Assembly: GCF_009914755.1 (NCBI RefSeq)
Contig: NC_060928.1
Length of the DNA stretch: 64,000 nucleotides
Direction: 5' to 3' (one strand)
Origin: the human T2T-CHM13v2.0 reference genome, Homo sapiens
Shown: piece after piece, positions 1 through 15,009 of the stretch
Layout of the letters: every line of letters starts with the position of its first letter
Position numbering within the stretch: position 1 is the stretch's first letter
Translations under genes and position numbers: made by a program
The notes under the pieces: generated by a model
Told to the model about the DNA's origin: nothing
Database searches by the model: none
Seen by the model: only the letters and a program-made list of their open reading frames with translations

Positions 1-1008
1 GAATTTAAATTTCACTTTTGAACAAATGGACCTAACAGATATGTAAAAAATATTTTCATTCAATAGCAGTAGAATGAACATTTTTCTCCCGTGTACATGG
101 AACATTCTTCAGAATAGACTACATGCTAGTCCACAAAACAAGTCTTAACAAATTTAAGAAAATTGAAACCATACCTAGCATTGCTTCAGACCACAATGTT
201 ATGGAAATCAATAACAGGAGGAATCTTGAAAAGTTTACAAATATGTGAAAATTATACAACATGCATTTAAACAATCAATGGGTTAAAAAATCAAAAGGGA
301 AATTAAAAAATAACTTGAGACAAATGGCAATGAATAAAAACTTACAGAATGCAGCAAAAGGAGATCTAAGAGGACAGTTTATTGCAATTAATGCCTACAT
401 TAGAAAATAATGAAAATTCCTAATAAATAGTCTAACACTATGCCTCAAGAAAATATACAAAAAAAACTAAACCAAAAATTAGCAGAAGGGAGGAAATAAT
501 AAACATTAGAACAGAAACAAATGAAATAATGGAAAAACCATAGACAGAATTAATAAAACTGAGTTGTCTATTTAAAATAAATAAACAAAATTGACAAACC
601 TTCAGCTATCCTAAGAAAAAAAGAGTGAAGACCCAAATAAATAAAGTGAAAAAGAAAATGTTACAACAGACATTTGAGAAATAAGGAGATTATAACGGAC
701 TAGTATAAATAAGTATATGCTAATGAATTGGCTAACCAAGAGAGAATGGATAAATTCCTAGAAAAATACAACCTACCAAGATTGAATCAGGAATAAACAG
801 AAAGCCTGAAGAGACCAGTAACAAATAAAAGAGAGTAAAGAAGTAGTAAAATATCTCCCCAAAATGAAAAGCTCAGGATCAGATGGCTTCTCAGCTGAAT
901 TCTATCAAATATTCAAATAATTAGCATCAATACTCAAACTCTTGCAAAAAATAGAACTAGAGAAAAGACTTCTAAACACATTTACAAGGCCAGTATCACC
1001 TTGATGCC

Positions 1009-1515
<507 letters not shown>

Positions 1516-1888
1516 TGAATCTAACAACACATTAAAAAGATTATACATCATGACCAAATGAGATTCATCCCTGGCATTCAAAGCTGGTTTAATATACATG
1601 AATAAATCAATGTGATGCATCACATTAATAGAATTTTAAAAATCACTTATCATTCCAATCGATGCAGAAAAAGCATTAGACAAAGCCCATCATCCATTCT
1701 TGATAAAAATTCTCAACAGTTTAGGTATAGAAGAAAAGTTGCTCAACATAAGAAAGGCCATTTGTGAAAAAATCCACAGTAAGTATTAAAATAAATGGAG
1801 AGAAATTGAAAACTTTTCCACTAAGATCTGACACAAGAGAAGTATACCCACTCTCACTGTTTCTATTCAACATAGTACTGGAAGTAGA

Positions 1889-2309
1889 CAGTTGACTTTT
1901 GAACAATGTGGAGGTTATGGGCACTGATTCCCATACAGTCGAAAATCCATGTATAACTTTTGACTTCCCACATACTTAACTAATAATAGCTCACTGTTGA
2001 CTGGAAGCTTCACAGATAATATAAATAGTTGATTAACATATATTTTGTACGTTATATGTATTACATCCATAAGCTAGAGAAAAGAATATGTTATTGAGAA
2101 AATCATAAGGAAGAGAAAGTATACTTACTACATAGTACTTGAAATATATCACCAGAAAAGTCTTTATTCTTGTCAACTTCCACAGAGTAAGCTGAGGAGG
2201 AGGAGAAAGAGGAGAGGTTGATCTTGTTGTCTCAGGGGTGGCAGAAGCAGGAAACCCACATGTAAGTGGACCTGTGCAGTTCAAACCTGTGTTGTTTAGG
2301 TGTCAACTA
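1889..2309. mobile_element. Tigger2a/MER28-like TcMar-Tigger DNA transposon inserted in the L1
   Basis: Terminal inverted repeats CAGTTGACTTTTGAACAA ... TTGTTTAGGTGTCAACTA, followed by TA. About 420 bp long; L1 ORF2 sequence resumes after it. Confidence 0.82.
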
Positions 2310-5205
2310 TACTCACTAAAGCAATCAGACAAGAAAAAGAAATAAAAGGCATCCCAATTGGAAAGGAGAAGTGAAATTACCTCTATTTGCAGATGACATG
2401 ATTCTACATGCAAAAACTCTAAATATTCCACAAAAAATTTTAGAACTAATAAATAAATTCTGTAAATAGTAGGACATACAATAATCAGTAGCATTTTAAT
2501 ACAAAAATACCTAACTGAAAAAGAAATCAAAAAAGTAATCTCATTTATGATAGTATCAAAAAAAACACCTGGGAATAAATTTAACCAAAGAGGTGAAAGA
2601 TCTGTGCATTGAGCACAATAAATGGATGGAAAAAAATTAAAGAAGAAACAGATACATGGAAAAATATTCATGGCTTATGGATCATAAGAATTGTTATTTT
2701 TAAAATGTTTATATACCAAAAGCAATATACAGATTCAATACAATCCCTATCAAAATCCAAATAGCATTCTTCACAAAAATATAAAAAACAATCCTAAATT
2801 TATATGGCAGCATAAAACACCATAAATAGCCAACATAATTTTGAGAAAGAAAAACAAAGTAGGAGTCATCACAGTTCTTGATTTAAAATTACATTGCAAA
2901 GCTATAGTAATTAAAACAGAATGGTAGTGGCATAAAAACAGACACATAGACTGGTGGAACAGAATGGAGAACCCAAAAATAAATGTGTTAATTCATTTTT
3001 GACAAAGGTACCAAATGGACACAATGGGGAAAGTATAGTCTCTTCAATGGATGGTGTTGGGAAAACTGGATTTTCACAGGGAAAAGAATGAAATTGGACC
3101 TTTACCTTATACCATACACAAAAATTAAATAAAAAATGAATACAATACCTACATATAAGAACAAAAACTATAAAACTCCTGCTCCTGGACATTGGCCTTG
3201 GCAATGATATTTTGAATGTCATTACAAAAAGCTCAGGCCACAAAAGCAAAAATAAATAATTGGACTATATTAAACCAAAAAGCTTCTTCACAGCAAAAGA
3301 AACAATTAATGAAATAAAACATTAGCCTTTGAATTGAAAAAATATATTTGCAAACCCTGTATCTGATAAGGGTTAACATCCAAAATTTATCAAGAACTCA
3401 TACAACCCAGCCCAATAGTCAAGAAACAAATAACTTGGATACAAAATGGATAAAAGACCTGAATAGACTTTTCTACCAAGAAGACCTGCAAATGACCAAC
3501 ATATATAAAAAGATGCTGTGCATTGTATCATCAGGGAAATGCAAGTCAAAAAACACTATGAAATACAACCTCACACTCTTTAGAATGGCTACTAGCAAAA
3601 GGTCAAAAGACAATAAATGTTGGTGAGAGTGTGGAGAAAGGGGAACTCTTACATTCTGTCTGTGGGACTGTAGACTGTTACAGACATTATGGAAAATAAT
3701 ATGGACTAAAGAAATTAAAAATAGCACTACCATATGATCCAGTAATCCCTCTTCTGGGAATATACCCAAAGCAAATGAAATCACCCCTTCATAAAAATAT
3801 CTACAATCTCATATTGATTGTAGCATCATTCATAATAGCCAAGATACAGAAAAAAACCTAAGTGTCTGCCAATAGACAAATGGATAAAGAAACTGTAGTA
3901 CATATATGCCTAATGGAATATTATTCAAGCTTTAAAAATAAAATCTTACTATTTGCCACAACATGGATAAGCCTGGAGGGCATTTTGCTGCGTGAAATAA
4001 CCCAGACCCAGAAATAAAAATATTGCATGATCTCAAATTTATATGTGAAATTAAAAAAAATTAGTTACTAGGAGTGGGGGCATGAGGGGAAGGGAAGAAA
4101 TGGAGAGATGTAGATCAGAGGATATAAAGTAGCAGACATGTAGTATGAACAAGTCTAGAAATCTAATATGCAGCACGCGGACCACAGATAATAAAATTGT
4201 ATCGCATATGGGATTCACACTAAATGAGTAGGTGTTAGCTACTCTTTGTCATAAAATTTTTAAAATGGGTAACTATGTGAGACGATGGATATGTTAATTT
4301 CCTTCACTATAGTAACCTTTTTACTATCTATATGTAGCCCATAACACAATGTGATATATCTTAATTATATACACTAAAATTTATTTAAAACATTAAAATA
4401 AAGTTTAGTATACGATATTTGGAGTAAAGCAGAGAAGCACTCACGATAGGTAAAATTGAAACCTTATTGGATTTCTTGAACTTATTTTAAAGTTTTGATT
4501 TTAAAAAAATTTCAAAATCCATCTGGTGTTGGAAGAGACACACCATTATCTTGTCAGAGCTTAGGGCCTCTGAAGTCTTAATAGAGAACATGTGGGGAAC
4601 AAGTAATTAGACAGTGACATTGAACGACTAATTAGAAGTGTGATGAGTACTGTAAAGGAGAAATACAGAGTGCTAAGGAACAAATGACAAGGGGACCCTA
4701 ACATTCCTTTTCTTTTCTGTATGAAGTCTAAGACATATACATTTTCAAATGTAATGCAAGAAAGCTCTTGAAAGAGTTGGTGTTCAGAAGCCTGATATGC
4801 GCGAGGGGTTGGGGGTGGGAATCACCCCATCTGGCTGCCCATGAACTGAACAAAAAATTGAAAGCCTTGAAACAGGACTTGGATAGGGTAAAGATATGTT
4901 ACTCTAACAAAATTTAATAGTTGGACAATCTTGATTTTTAGAAGGGAAAATTATTTCCTTTACCTTCCATTGGTAGGAATATAGGGAAGAGAAGCTGCCA
5001 GCAATGGCCACTTCACATTGTATGGATAAGCTTGAAACATTTTACATCTCGCGACTTTCAGGTTTTTGGAGCCTTGATTATCGGAACTATTTCTATGATA
5101 GCTTCATGGTACCAAAGTAGGAAGATATTAGATTGTCTCTAGAATGTTTGATATAAAATTGTGTGTCAATCACAGTATGATCTAAGCTACTACATTTAGC
5201 ATATG

Positions 5206-5385
5206 CAGTGGTCTTCAGTTTCAGTGGGCATCAGTGTCACCTGGAGGGCTTGTTAAACTATGGGTCACTGGGCCCCACCCTGGAGTTTTTGATAGATAGG
5301 GTCTGGTGTGGGGCCAGAGGATTTGCATTTCTAATAAGTTCCCAGGTGCTGCTGCTTCTGCCCATTTGAGTATGCCAATGAGTCA
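5206..5385. mobile_element. MER5A (hAT-Charlie) relic
   Basis: GCATCAGTGTCACCTGGAGGGCTTGTTAAAC...GGGCCCCACCC...ATTTGCATTTCTAATAAGTTCCCAGGTG matches the recalled MER5A consensus. Confidence 0.8.
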
Positions 5386-6864
5386 ACTAACCTTAATGAT
5401 GGGAGGTTAAAGAGGATTGCCCTAAAAATCAGAAGACCTGAGTAGAGCTTTAAGCTCCACCATATAAATGTCTTGACAATCTTAATCTTAATCTTGTCAT
5501 TAAATGTCTTCCTTCAACCGTAGGATGCACGTTTTACAATAGCATTGTCATAGAGCTAGAGACTGTATATATTATACAATATATGCAAAAGTGTTTTGTA
5601 AACTGAAAAAAAACCCTGAGATTTAAAACTTTTTCTTAGCTCTCATCATAATCATATATGTTTGGATAGCGTCTCTGATAAACAATTTTCAAAAATTGGG
5701 GGTGTCCTAGAGGGCTGCAAGAGCAAATCTCTGGCCTCCAACAGGTATGGTGGGAGGAAGAATGCAGTGACTGTTGATACGCTACTAATTGGACATTCCT
5801 GAAAAATTTACTTGTGACCAATCGTGTGGTGCTTCTGGAAGCTCCTGTCATTGTTGCCTTTGGAAATATGTCAGTTATTTTAGAAATGAGAGCTCTCTGA
5901 TCCAATTTTGGGTGAATGGATGAAGCCTCCTGGCCAAGTATAATTAACATCCCTCAAGAGTGATAGGGTATCAAGAAAGAATGGTATTGTTTAGGTATTA
6001 AATGACATAAAAACAAAAACAAGAACAAAAACAAATAACAAGCTATTTTGGCTTTGTGAAGCAACTCACTTTTATTGATGAGCTTTAAAAATCCCAGCTG
6101 CCATTCTTATTCTCTGGCATATTTACCTATTGTACAGTTACTTTTATCCAAATGTATTAGGATTTTGAAAAAAAATTAAACTGTAAACCAAAAACCTTTC
6201 TATTATTATCAGCTAAAATCAAGGTCCCATATTTTATTGACTGTCAACTATCTAATGTGCTTTATCTCTAGTCTCAGCTGGGCCCTCCCTGACCTGAGCT
6301 GTTCCAGGAGAAATGGGCAACTCTGAACGCTGGTGAAAATTGGAACATCAATGTGTCCTCGAAGCAAATCTGTGAAGTGTCCTGGGAGAACTGCAAAATT
6401 GAGAATCCTTTCCGTGAGGTATCCTGAAATCCTTTATTTGGCCATTAAACTGTTCATAAAACTTATTTCAAGTGGCGACAGAAAATCATTGAGAAAGATT
6501 CCTTCTGTCCAGCAATGACAAAGAAAACATCCCTGCATATTGGTTGTCCCGGTCATGGTTGTTCTGAGCCCTGGGTGAATGCCAAATGACTGGCCAGGTA
6601 GCCCTCAAGGTTTGACTTGAAATATGGTTTTCCCTTAAGCTTTGGGGGTACATGCTTTCTTGTGTTTTCATAATTATAGCTGGAAGATTTCCCATAGGAG
6701 TCTGAATTGTTGTTCAATAGCATTTCTAGGGGTGAATAACAGATAAGGGAAGAAAACATATTTAAAAGAGTAAAGGACTGAAGGATTAACAGGAGATCCT
6801 TGAGAACAGTCCCTAGATCTTAGAAGAGTGGCCCATCAGCAGCTGTAAGATTCAAGTCTAAATC

Positions 6865-7381
<517 letters not shown>

Positions 7382-9129
7382 AAGAGAACAAGGTCTCTGT
7401 CCATTTATTAATACATATTGTTTGGAGAAGCTACAATGTGCTGGAGACTGGGGCTATCTGCCTCTAGCTGCCTACTCCATCCCAGTATGAATAGCTCAAT
7501 GGTCAACATGCAGTTGGCACTTACATATACTTGATTAATTAATTAAATAAACACTTCTTGTTTAGCTTCTTTAAAATAAAATGGTACAGTGTGTGTCAAC
7601 TCCTTTATTCACGTCTCATCCTCCCCTAAAATATGTGCAACCTTTAATTTGGACACCCTATTATTTAAAAAATAAAATGGTGAAATTTCTTCACAGGTCT
7701 TCCATGTCTTAGTATTTCCTGGGGACACACTTGATTAAAACTTGACATGAGCAAAGTTTTTATTTTATACAGGATGAAATATATGCAAAGGACCATGGCT
7801 TTGTCACGATCATAGTTTATATTCTTGAAGTTTGGATCTAATTTTTGATTTAGGCACTTTGCTCTCAATGAAATATTATGTATTATAATGTAGTAGTTAA
7901 TAAGATCTGATACAGTGACTTTAAATTGAATTTCATTAAAAAATAAGAGCATAAAATGTCTTCTTAATAGTCTTAATTAGGGAAAATGGAAAACCATAGT
8001 ATTTCTATATTAATGCACTAACTAAGATAATTGGGATAATATAAAATATATAGAAAAATAGGAAGTCTGGAAGCCAAAGGAAAAATAACCCACTATTTTC
8101 CAGTTCTTGGTATTTTTGTTTCCAGACTGAGGAGGCTCACCAGATGTCAGGCATAACGTCTTTAAGCAATTATTCTCTTTCATGTGTATAAGTCAGTATT
8201 GTCTTGTTTTGTGGCGACTGTAGCCCTTGTTTTGTAGTGACTGCTTCCCTGGGAAAGGCATTGTTCTGAATCTTAATGCTTCATAACAACTGCCACTTGT
8301 CCTCCTGATTAGGGCATTGTATGAAAACAGTGCATTCATTGCCGGGTTCTCACTAATCTCTCTCCTTTCATCCAGTGCCTCCCAGTTTCTCAGAGAGCTC
8401 TGCCTTTGCATTTTTAATTGAATACTTCTAAAAGTTTATATTCATGTATTCTGCTTGCTAGAAATCTCTGTTCATACCTCGCTATGAAGGTCTTATCTTT
8501 CTCTTTTATATCTCAGTCTGGTCAGGGAGTGAAATTAAGCTTGATTCCCTAATTGGGAGCCACATGGGGCATCCACATTATGATAACTGTACCAGAACTC
8601 AATAGCTACCCAGCACTCTGAAACAGAAGGTCGCCATTTTGTAAAACCAGAGAAAATGCTACTGGGCATTTTGCAGAATTGTCAATCAGGACAGAATGGA
8701 CACTAATTGCTTCTCCTACAGCTGTTAACATTTCTCTTCAGTAGCCAAGCAACCCTTAAGACAGAAAGAAACTCTCTAAGACATCTGAAAATTTTCTGCA
8801 GACCTAAGTATAGGCTTCCAAGGTGAACATCTGTGATGAGTCATCTGTTGATTAATATAAATGAAGAGCTAACACTTCTGAACAAATAAAACATTTCAGA
8901 CAAAGAGATCTGACTCTATTGGAAGGATATAGTAATCAGATAAATAAAATTATCCTATGTGTACAATTTTTGGGAGTGTTGATATTGTTATAATTTTATG
9001 TGTCTCTCTATTGTAGTGTTCTCCAAAGTAAATGTGGTCACATCTGGAGATGGACAACGCAATTTAGTGGGTATGAGAACAAGTTATTAAAACTTCTCTC
9101 TATATTCATTTTTATTTAATAATTAAGAA

Positions 9130-9980
9130 AAACTATAAGTAACTTATATAACTCAATAGCAGAAAAAATCTAATTAAAATATGGGGAAATGACTTAAATA
9201 GACTTTTTTAAATGAAGATACACAAATGCCCAGCAGGTGTATGAAAAAGTGCTCAACATCACTAATTATTAGTGAAATGCAAATTAAAACCACAATGAGA
9301 TAACACCTTATACCTGTTAGAATGGCTATTGTCAAAAAGACAAGAGACAACAAGTGTTGGTGAAGATGTGGAAAAAAGGAAACCCTTTGCACTGTTGGCA
9401 AGAATGCAAATTGGTAAAGCCATTATGCAAAACTGTATGGCAGTTCCTGAAAATATTAAAATTATGACTGCCTTATGATTCATTAATCCCACTTCTGGGT
9501 ATATATCCAAAGGAAACAAGACATTGTGACGTGGATGAATCTTGAGGACATTATGCTAAGTGAAGTGACATAGACAGAGAAAGTCAAATACTTCACAATA
9601 AGCGATTATATATGTGGAATATAAGAAAGTGAAACTCACAGAAACAGAGTAGAATCGTGGTTTTCAGGGGATGGGGTTTGTGGGAAATGGGTACAAATTT
9701 AGTTACAAGACTGAAAAAGTCCTGGGGATCTAATGTACAGCATCAGTGACTATAGTCACAATACCGTATTGTATGCTTGAAATTTGCTAAAAGAGTACAT
9801 CTGAAACGTTCTTAATGCACACACACACAATGGTAATTAAATTAAGTAATAGATGTGCTAATTTTATTGTGGTAATCATTTCATAATATATACATATATC
9901 AAATCATCACATTGTACACTTTAGATTTATGCAATTTTATTTTCCAATTGTACCTTTATAGAGCTGAACAAAATAATATT
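9130..9980 (+). mobile_element. Old L1M 3' end fragment
   Basis: GAAATGCAAATTAAAACCACAATGAGATAACACC (ORF2 C-terminus) followed by an L1MA/MB-like 3' UTR. Confidence 0.85.
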
Positions 9981-10147
9981 AAGAAAAGATGCAATCTTTA
10001 CTAATATTTAGTTTGAATATTTAGCACATGTTTAATTCATAAAGAGATATATATATATATGTATATATATAGAGAGAGAGAATATATAAAGAGAGACAGG
10101 AAGAAGGAAGGAGAATGCATGCTCCAAAAATTTTTACTATTGGGAAT

Positions 10148-10790
10148 ATGTATTAGTTATCTACCGCTGTATAGCAATTACTGCCCCACCACCCCCCGAC
10201 TCCAAATAACAGCTTACAACAGCAGTTATTATCTCACAGTTTCTGTAGGTCCGGACTCTGGGTGCAGTTTAGTTGGCTGCCTCCAGCTCAAGGTTTCTCA
10301 TATAATCCTGGCCAGGGCTGTGGTCACACTGAAGGCTCAATTGGGGAAAAATCTGTTTCAAGCTCACCCACCTGGTTGTTGATGATAGGCTGAGAACCTC
10401 AGTTCTTCACTGGCTGTTGACTGGAGGTCTTCCTCCTTTCCTTGTCTTTTTATAGGGCTGCTCACAATATGGCAGCTGTCTTCCCTCAGAGTGGGTAATG
10501 GAGGAAAGAAAAGAGAATGAATGAGAGAGAGAGAACATCCAACTCAGAAGCCAAAATCTTTTAATAACTTACTCTTAGAAGAGGCATACATCACTTTTGC
10601 CATATTCTATTCAACAGAATAAAATAGAAGCAATTTGAATAGAAATAGGATAGGATAGAATAGGATGGGAGGGGATGGGATAGGGTGGGATGGGATGGGA
10701 GGCGAGGGGAGGGGAGGAGAGGGGAGTACCACTAAATCCAGCTCATGCTCAAGGGGAGTGGATTATACAAGGGTGTGAATAAGAGGATGC
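10148..10790 (-). mobile_element. MLT1 (F/G/H-like) MaLR LTR with an internal pentamer microsatellite
   Basis: TGTATTAGTTATCTA start, ATCTCACAGTTTCTGTAGGTC, CACAATATGGCAGCTG, CATCACTTTTGCCATATTCTATT and AAGGGTGTGAATA motifs. Confidence 0.7.
10638..10726. repeat. Compound pentamer repeat grading (ATAGA/ATAGG)n -> (GGATG)n -> (GGAGG)n
   Basis: Read directly from the sequence. Confidence 0.85.
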
Positions 10791-10800
10791 ATTCATCTTC

Positions 10801-11107
10801 GTTTTTTGCTTTTGTTTTTTGTTTTGAGACAGGATCTCATTCTGTCACCCAGGTTGGCGTGCAGTGGTGTGATCTCAGCTCACTGCAACTTCCAAGTCCC
10901 GAATCCAAGTGATTCTCATGCCTCAGCCTCCTGAGTATCTGAGACAACAGGCACACACCACCACACCTGGCTAATTTTTGTATTTTTAGTAAAGACAGGG
11001 TTTTGCCATGTTGGCCAGGCTGGTCTCGAACTCCTGACCTCAAGTGATCCTCCCACCTCAGCTTCCCAAAGTGCTGGGATTACAGGTGTGAGCCACTGCA
11101 GCCAGCC
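10801..11107 (-). mobile_element. Alu (older S/J type)
   Basis: T-rich tail then GAGACAGGATCTCATTCTGTCACCCAGG...GAGCCACTGCAGCCAGCC; flanked by TCATCTT. Confidence 0.93.
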
Positions 11108-11184
11108 TCATCTTTGTATTGATGAGTATCTTTGAGGCTGCTCACCACACAGCACATAATCAAAAAGTCTGGAGACCCCTTCCC

Positions 11185-11390
11185 TAGAGCATAAATGGGC
11201 CATCTCTTTTTTGAAAAGGTCCACATTATAAATATTTTAATCTTGATGGGCCACATGTGGTCTCTGTTGAATATCTTCATTAACAGCCTGTAAAAATATA
11301 TAAAAATCATTCTTAGCTTGAAAGCCATACAAAAATAGACAACAGGCCAGATTTTATACAGAGACCATAGTTTGGCAATACCTGTTCTAG
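11185..11390. mobile_element. MER58 (hAT-Charlie) relic
   Basis: AATATTTTAATCTTGATGGGCCACATGTGGTCTCTGTTG...GGCCAGATTTT...CATAGTTTGGCAATACCTG. Confidence 0.65.
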
Positions 11391-14300
11391 TGGACTGTGA
11401 GGCAGATTTTAGCTCAGAATTCAAAAGAGCTCTAATAATTAAGGCTATCCAATGATAGAACCAGTTTGCCCCCAAAATAAGGTGATTGCCTTATCCATAG
11501 GATTATTTAAGCAGAATTAGCTAGTTCTCTCACATTGGATGAAGGATAGTTGGAATTGAGAGATAAAGCAAGAAGAAATGGACCAGTTGAACTCTTCCCA
11601 GAAAATGAGTTTCAAAAGATATGACTCAATAAAAGTACCTTCTGGATAAATAAAGTTGGAAATGTATTTACTATATTTCATTTTGAGAGAAACACAAACT
11701 ATTGGCATATCAAAGTCTCTAAGAAGTAAGAAAACTTGTTTGATTTTGTTTTTTCCAAACTTATTTGACCAAGGAATCTCCCATTCCCTTTGGTTGTAGT
11801 AACACCCCTTACTTTTGTTCCATTGCACAAAGTTAGGAAACAACAGATTAACTGATACGTAAGATCTCTTCTGACTTTTAGAGTTAATGATTCTAGACAT
11901 GTAAGATGGTATTTGGTTTCATTAACTAATAGTTAATATTTTCCTGTATAGCTATCTCCCTGCGATGTTTAGTTCATTGTAACAAACATTTACCAAGTAC
12001 ACGCATTAGGCTAGGCCCTCTTGCTAGGCATGGAAAGGTAAAGATAATATAGCTCATGTCCTCAAAAAGCATATTAATTTTTTCTAGGCTCTGAACTTTA
12101 GCACAGTGCTTCTCACACAGAAGGTTTTCAGGATAGGTCTATTGAATGAATGAAGAACAAATAAAATGGAGCTGTTTGAACACTTTGAACCATTTGGGAT
12201 TATGGACACAGAGGATAATTCCCTGTCTGTCTCTGTGTCTCTCTCACTTTCTTTCTCTCTTTCTCTCTCTCTCTCATGGGGAGAAAAAATTCCCCTCTGT
12301 GTTTATAATCCCAAATATATATGAAGAGAGAGACAGAGTGAATCAATGAATTCTGGATGAAAAGTAACAATGCAATCAGTTTTCCCAATGTGGCCATAAA
12401 TCTAGATATATGTTCCTGAGCAATCAAACTAAGTTTATCACCATTATAAATGAAGAAGATTAAAGTAGAATTGTGCTTCTGAAATTCAGATTTATATTAG
12501 AGTCTGCCACTTTAAAAATAACCCTTGCAGATTCAAGTTGACGTCTTTCCACTAGATGGTTTGATATGACTGTGGCTTTCATCTTTGTATAATAGAGTAT
12601 TATCTGGTTACAACACATAATTCAATTAACATTATCCTTTAAATTTCTCCATCCTTTGTTGAAATGCTTAAATTTATTCCTCTTTTATCCTCGCCTCTCC
12701 TTTTTCAATCTTGGAGACTACTGTCATTAATCTATATCTTTTGAGGTTATCATTTCACTTTAGCTAGGAAGCATTTCATTCTTATCAGCATCCACAGTGC
12801 ATCATCTGGGCTGTTCTTCTGTATATTGTGTATTGCCATCAATATTCCATCCTTATATATTTTTAATCTCCGCCAAGAATGTTGTATCATCTTCATTTCT
12901 GGTCAGATAAAATAAATGTTTCATTGGATATGTAAATGATCCTGTGAGCTAGATGAATTTAGGAGGTTTTGCTTTCAGTGTTGAAATAAGATCTTTATCC
13001 TTAAATCAGACAGTATGGAAACAAATGAAATGTTACATGCTGACATATTTTTAAATGCTATTTTTTTTTAACCTCCCCATGAAAAAAATGACATCTGCAA
13101 GTTAGGATTTGCTTTGGAAAATGAAGTCTTTTCATTTATTTACAAAAAAAAAAGGAGGATCAAGAGCACTTAGGGAAGGTTTAATTCTTTGTCTATCGCT
13201 CCAGCTGTCAAGTCATAATAGCACCGGCCTCTGCTTGCCTGGGCTGGAAGCAAATGATGCCCCACAAAGCAACCTGGGAAATAAAATCCAGAATATTTTA
13301 ACTGGAAGGAAACTAAAATGATATCTGGCCCAGCTCTCTGTTTTTAGAGTTGAACATACTAGGACTTAAAGAGATTAAGTAAAATTAAAAGCTACATGGC
13401 TGTCAATACTTGCTAGAGCCTAGATTTCCTGACTCCCAGCTCAGTGTTCTTTCCAACTCATCACATTGTGGTGCCTCTTCTTGTTTAAGTTTTCCTGAAT
13501 AGTTAAGTGAGAACTTTGTGAACAGATCACAGTTCTTAGTAACAGATGCCCATTAGGAACCCCGGTAGGAATATTAAAGCAAAGAAGACCTTAAAATAAT
13601 GAAATAAATGTAATTTTGACCCAAAACTTGTAGGTAGGTCTGCTATAGTTAAGTCAGAGATACGAGCGTGTGAGATAGTGGTGACTAAGTCCTCCATGGT
13701 GTTGACATGAGTGGTGGTGTTAAGACAAAAAAGGTCCACAGAAAGGGAAAGCATGAATAAGAGGTAGGATGTTTAAAGGTTTTCAATCCTTGGATGCTCC
13801 TGTTCAGAAGTCTAATCTATTTTTATTTTAATTGCCTTTTACAAAGATATTTAAGATGTTTTGGAATGTTTAAATAAGCAAAAAACAAGTTATTTGTATT
13901 TAGATGTATCTAAAGGGTACTGTTTGTTATTTTAAAATTCATTTTTAAAGATCTGAGAAAAAAAGCAGATCATGGAATGCAAAACAAAAGCCATGAAAAT
14001 CAGCAATAAAAGGAAGCAATAGAAATCATTCTGATATTGAGAAGCCAATGTCACAAAAAATTCAGATTATAACACATGCAATAACTTCCATTATGATTAG
14101 GTGTCCATGAAAATTAAATCTTCTGTTTATGATTTTGTATGTTTGATGATTGGAAGAATTCTTAAGAGACTAGCTTCTGGTTTCTGACATTTCAAACCCT
14201 GTTTATTTTCTAATGCCTACACACTTTCAGTTATGGGTGTCTCAGCTCATGTTGCCATGTGACCCTTGGACCTGTACCTTTTATGTCATAAAGTCAGATT

Positions 14301-14701
14301 AGTCAGTGCTTAAGGTGGCAGGAGTTCCTTAAAGCCATTTATGTATCTAGACAGCTATCAGTAATTTAACTATCAATAGAAGTGACTGTGAATAGAGATA
14401 CTAAATCTATGCCCCTAACCTCAGACTAATTGTGTCCCCCAAAGACTTTTCAATTTATAAAGAAAAGCAGAGACCCAGGGCAGATAAGTTATGTGGCTTT
14501 GTTTATCAGCTAGTTAGCAGTAGGGCTAAGACTAGAACCCAAATCTCCAGCTTCTATTTAGGTGGCTTTTTACCTTCCTTCATTCTTGGATTTTTCCTGG
14601 ATATCTTTACTATACTTTCCTTTGGGCACTAAGAAGAGGCCTTAGAACTTTTCCCAGTTTTCCAAATGGGTGATTGGCCTGATGCCAGCGTTTCCTTAAA
14701 A

Positions 14702-15009
14702 TTTTTTTTTTTTTTTTTTGAGATGGAGTTTCGTTCTTGTCTCCCAGGCTGGAGTGCAGTGGCGCCATCTTGGCTCAACCTCCGCCTCCCTCCACCTCCC
14801 AGGTTCAAGTGATTCTCCTGCCTCAGCCTCCCAAGTAGCTGGGATTACAGGCATGCGCCACCATGCCTGGCTAATTTTTTTGTATTTTTAGTACAGACGG
14901 GGTTTCACTTTGTTGGCCAGGCTGGTCTCAAACTCCTGACCTCAGGTGATCTGCCTGCCTCAGCCTCCCAAAGTGCTGGGATTACAGGTGTGAGCCACCG
15001 CGCCCAGCC
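14702..15009 (-). mobile_element. AluS (Sx/Sq-like)
   Basis: Poly(T) then a full antisense Alu ending GAGCCACCGCGCCCAGCC. Confidence 0.95.
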
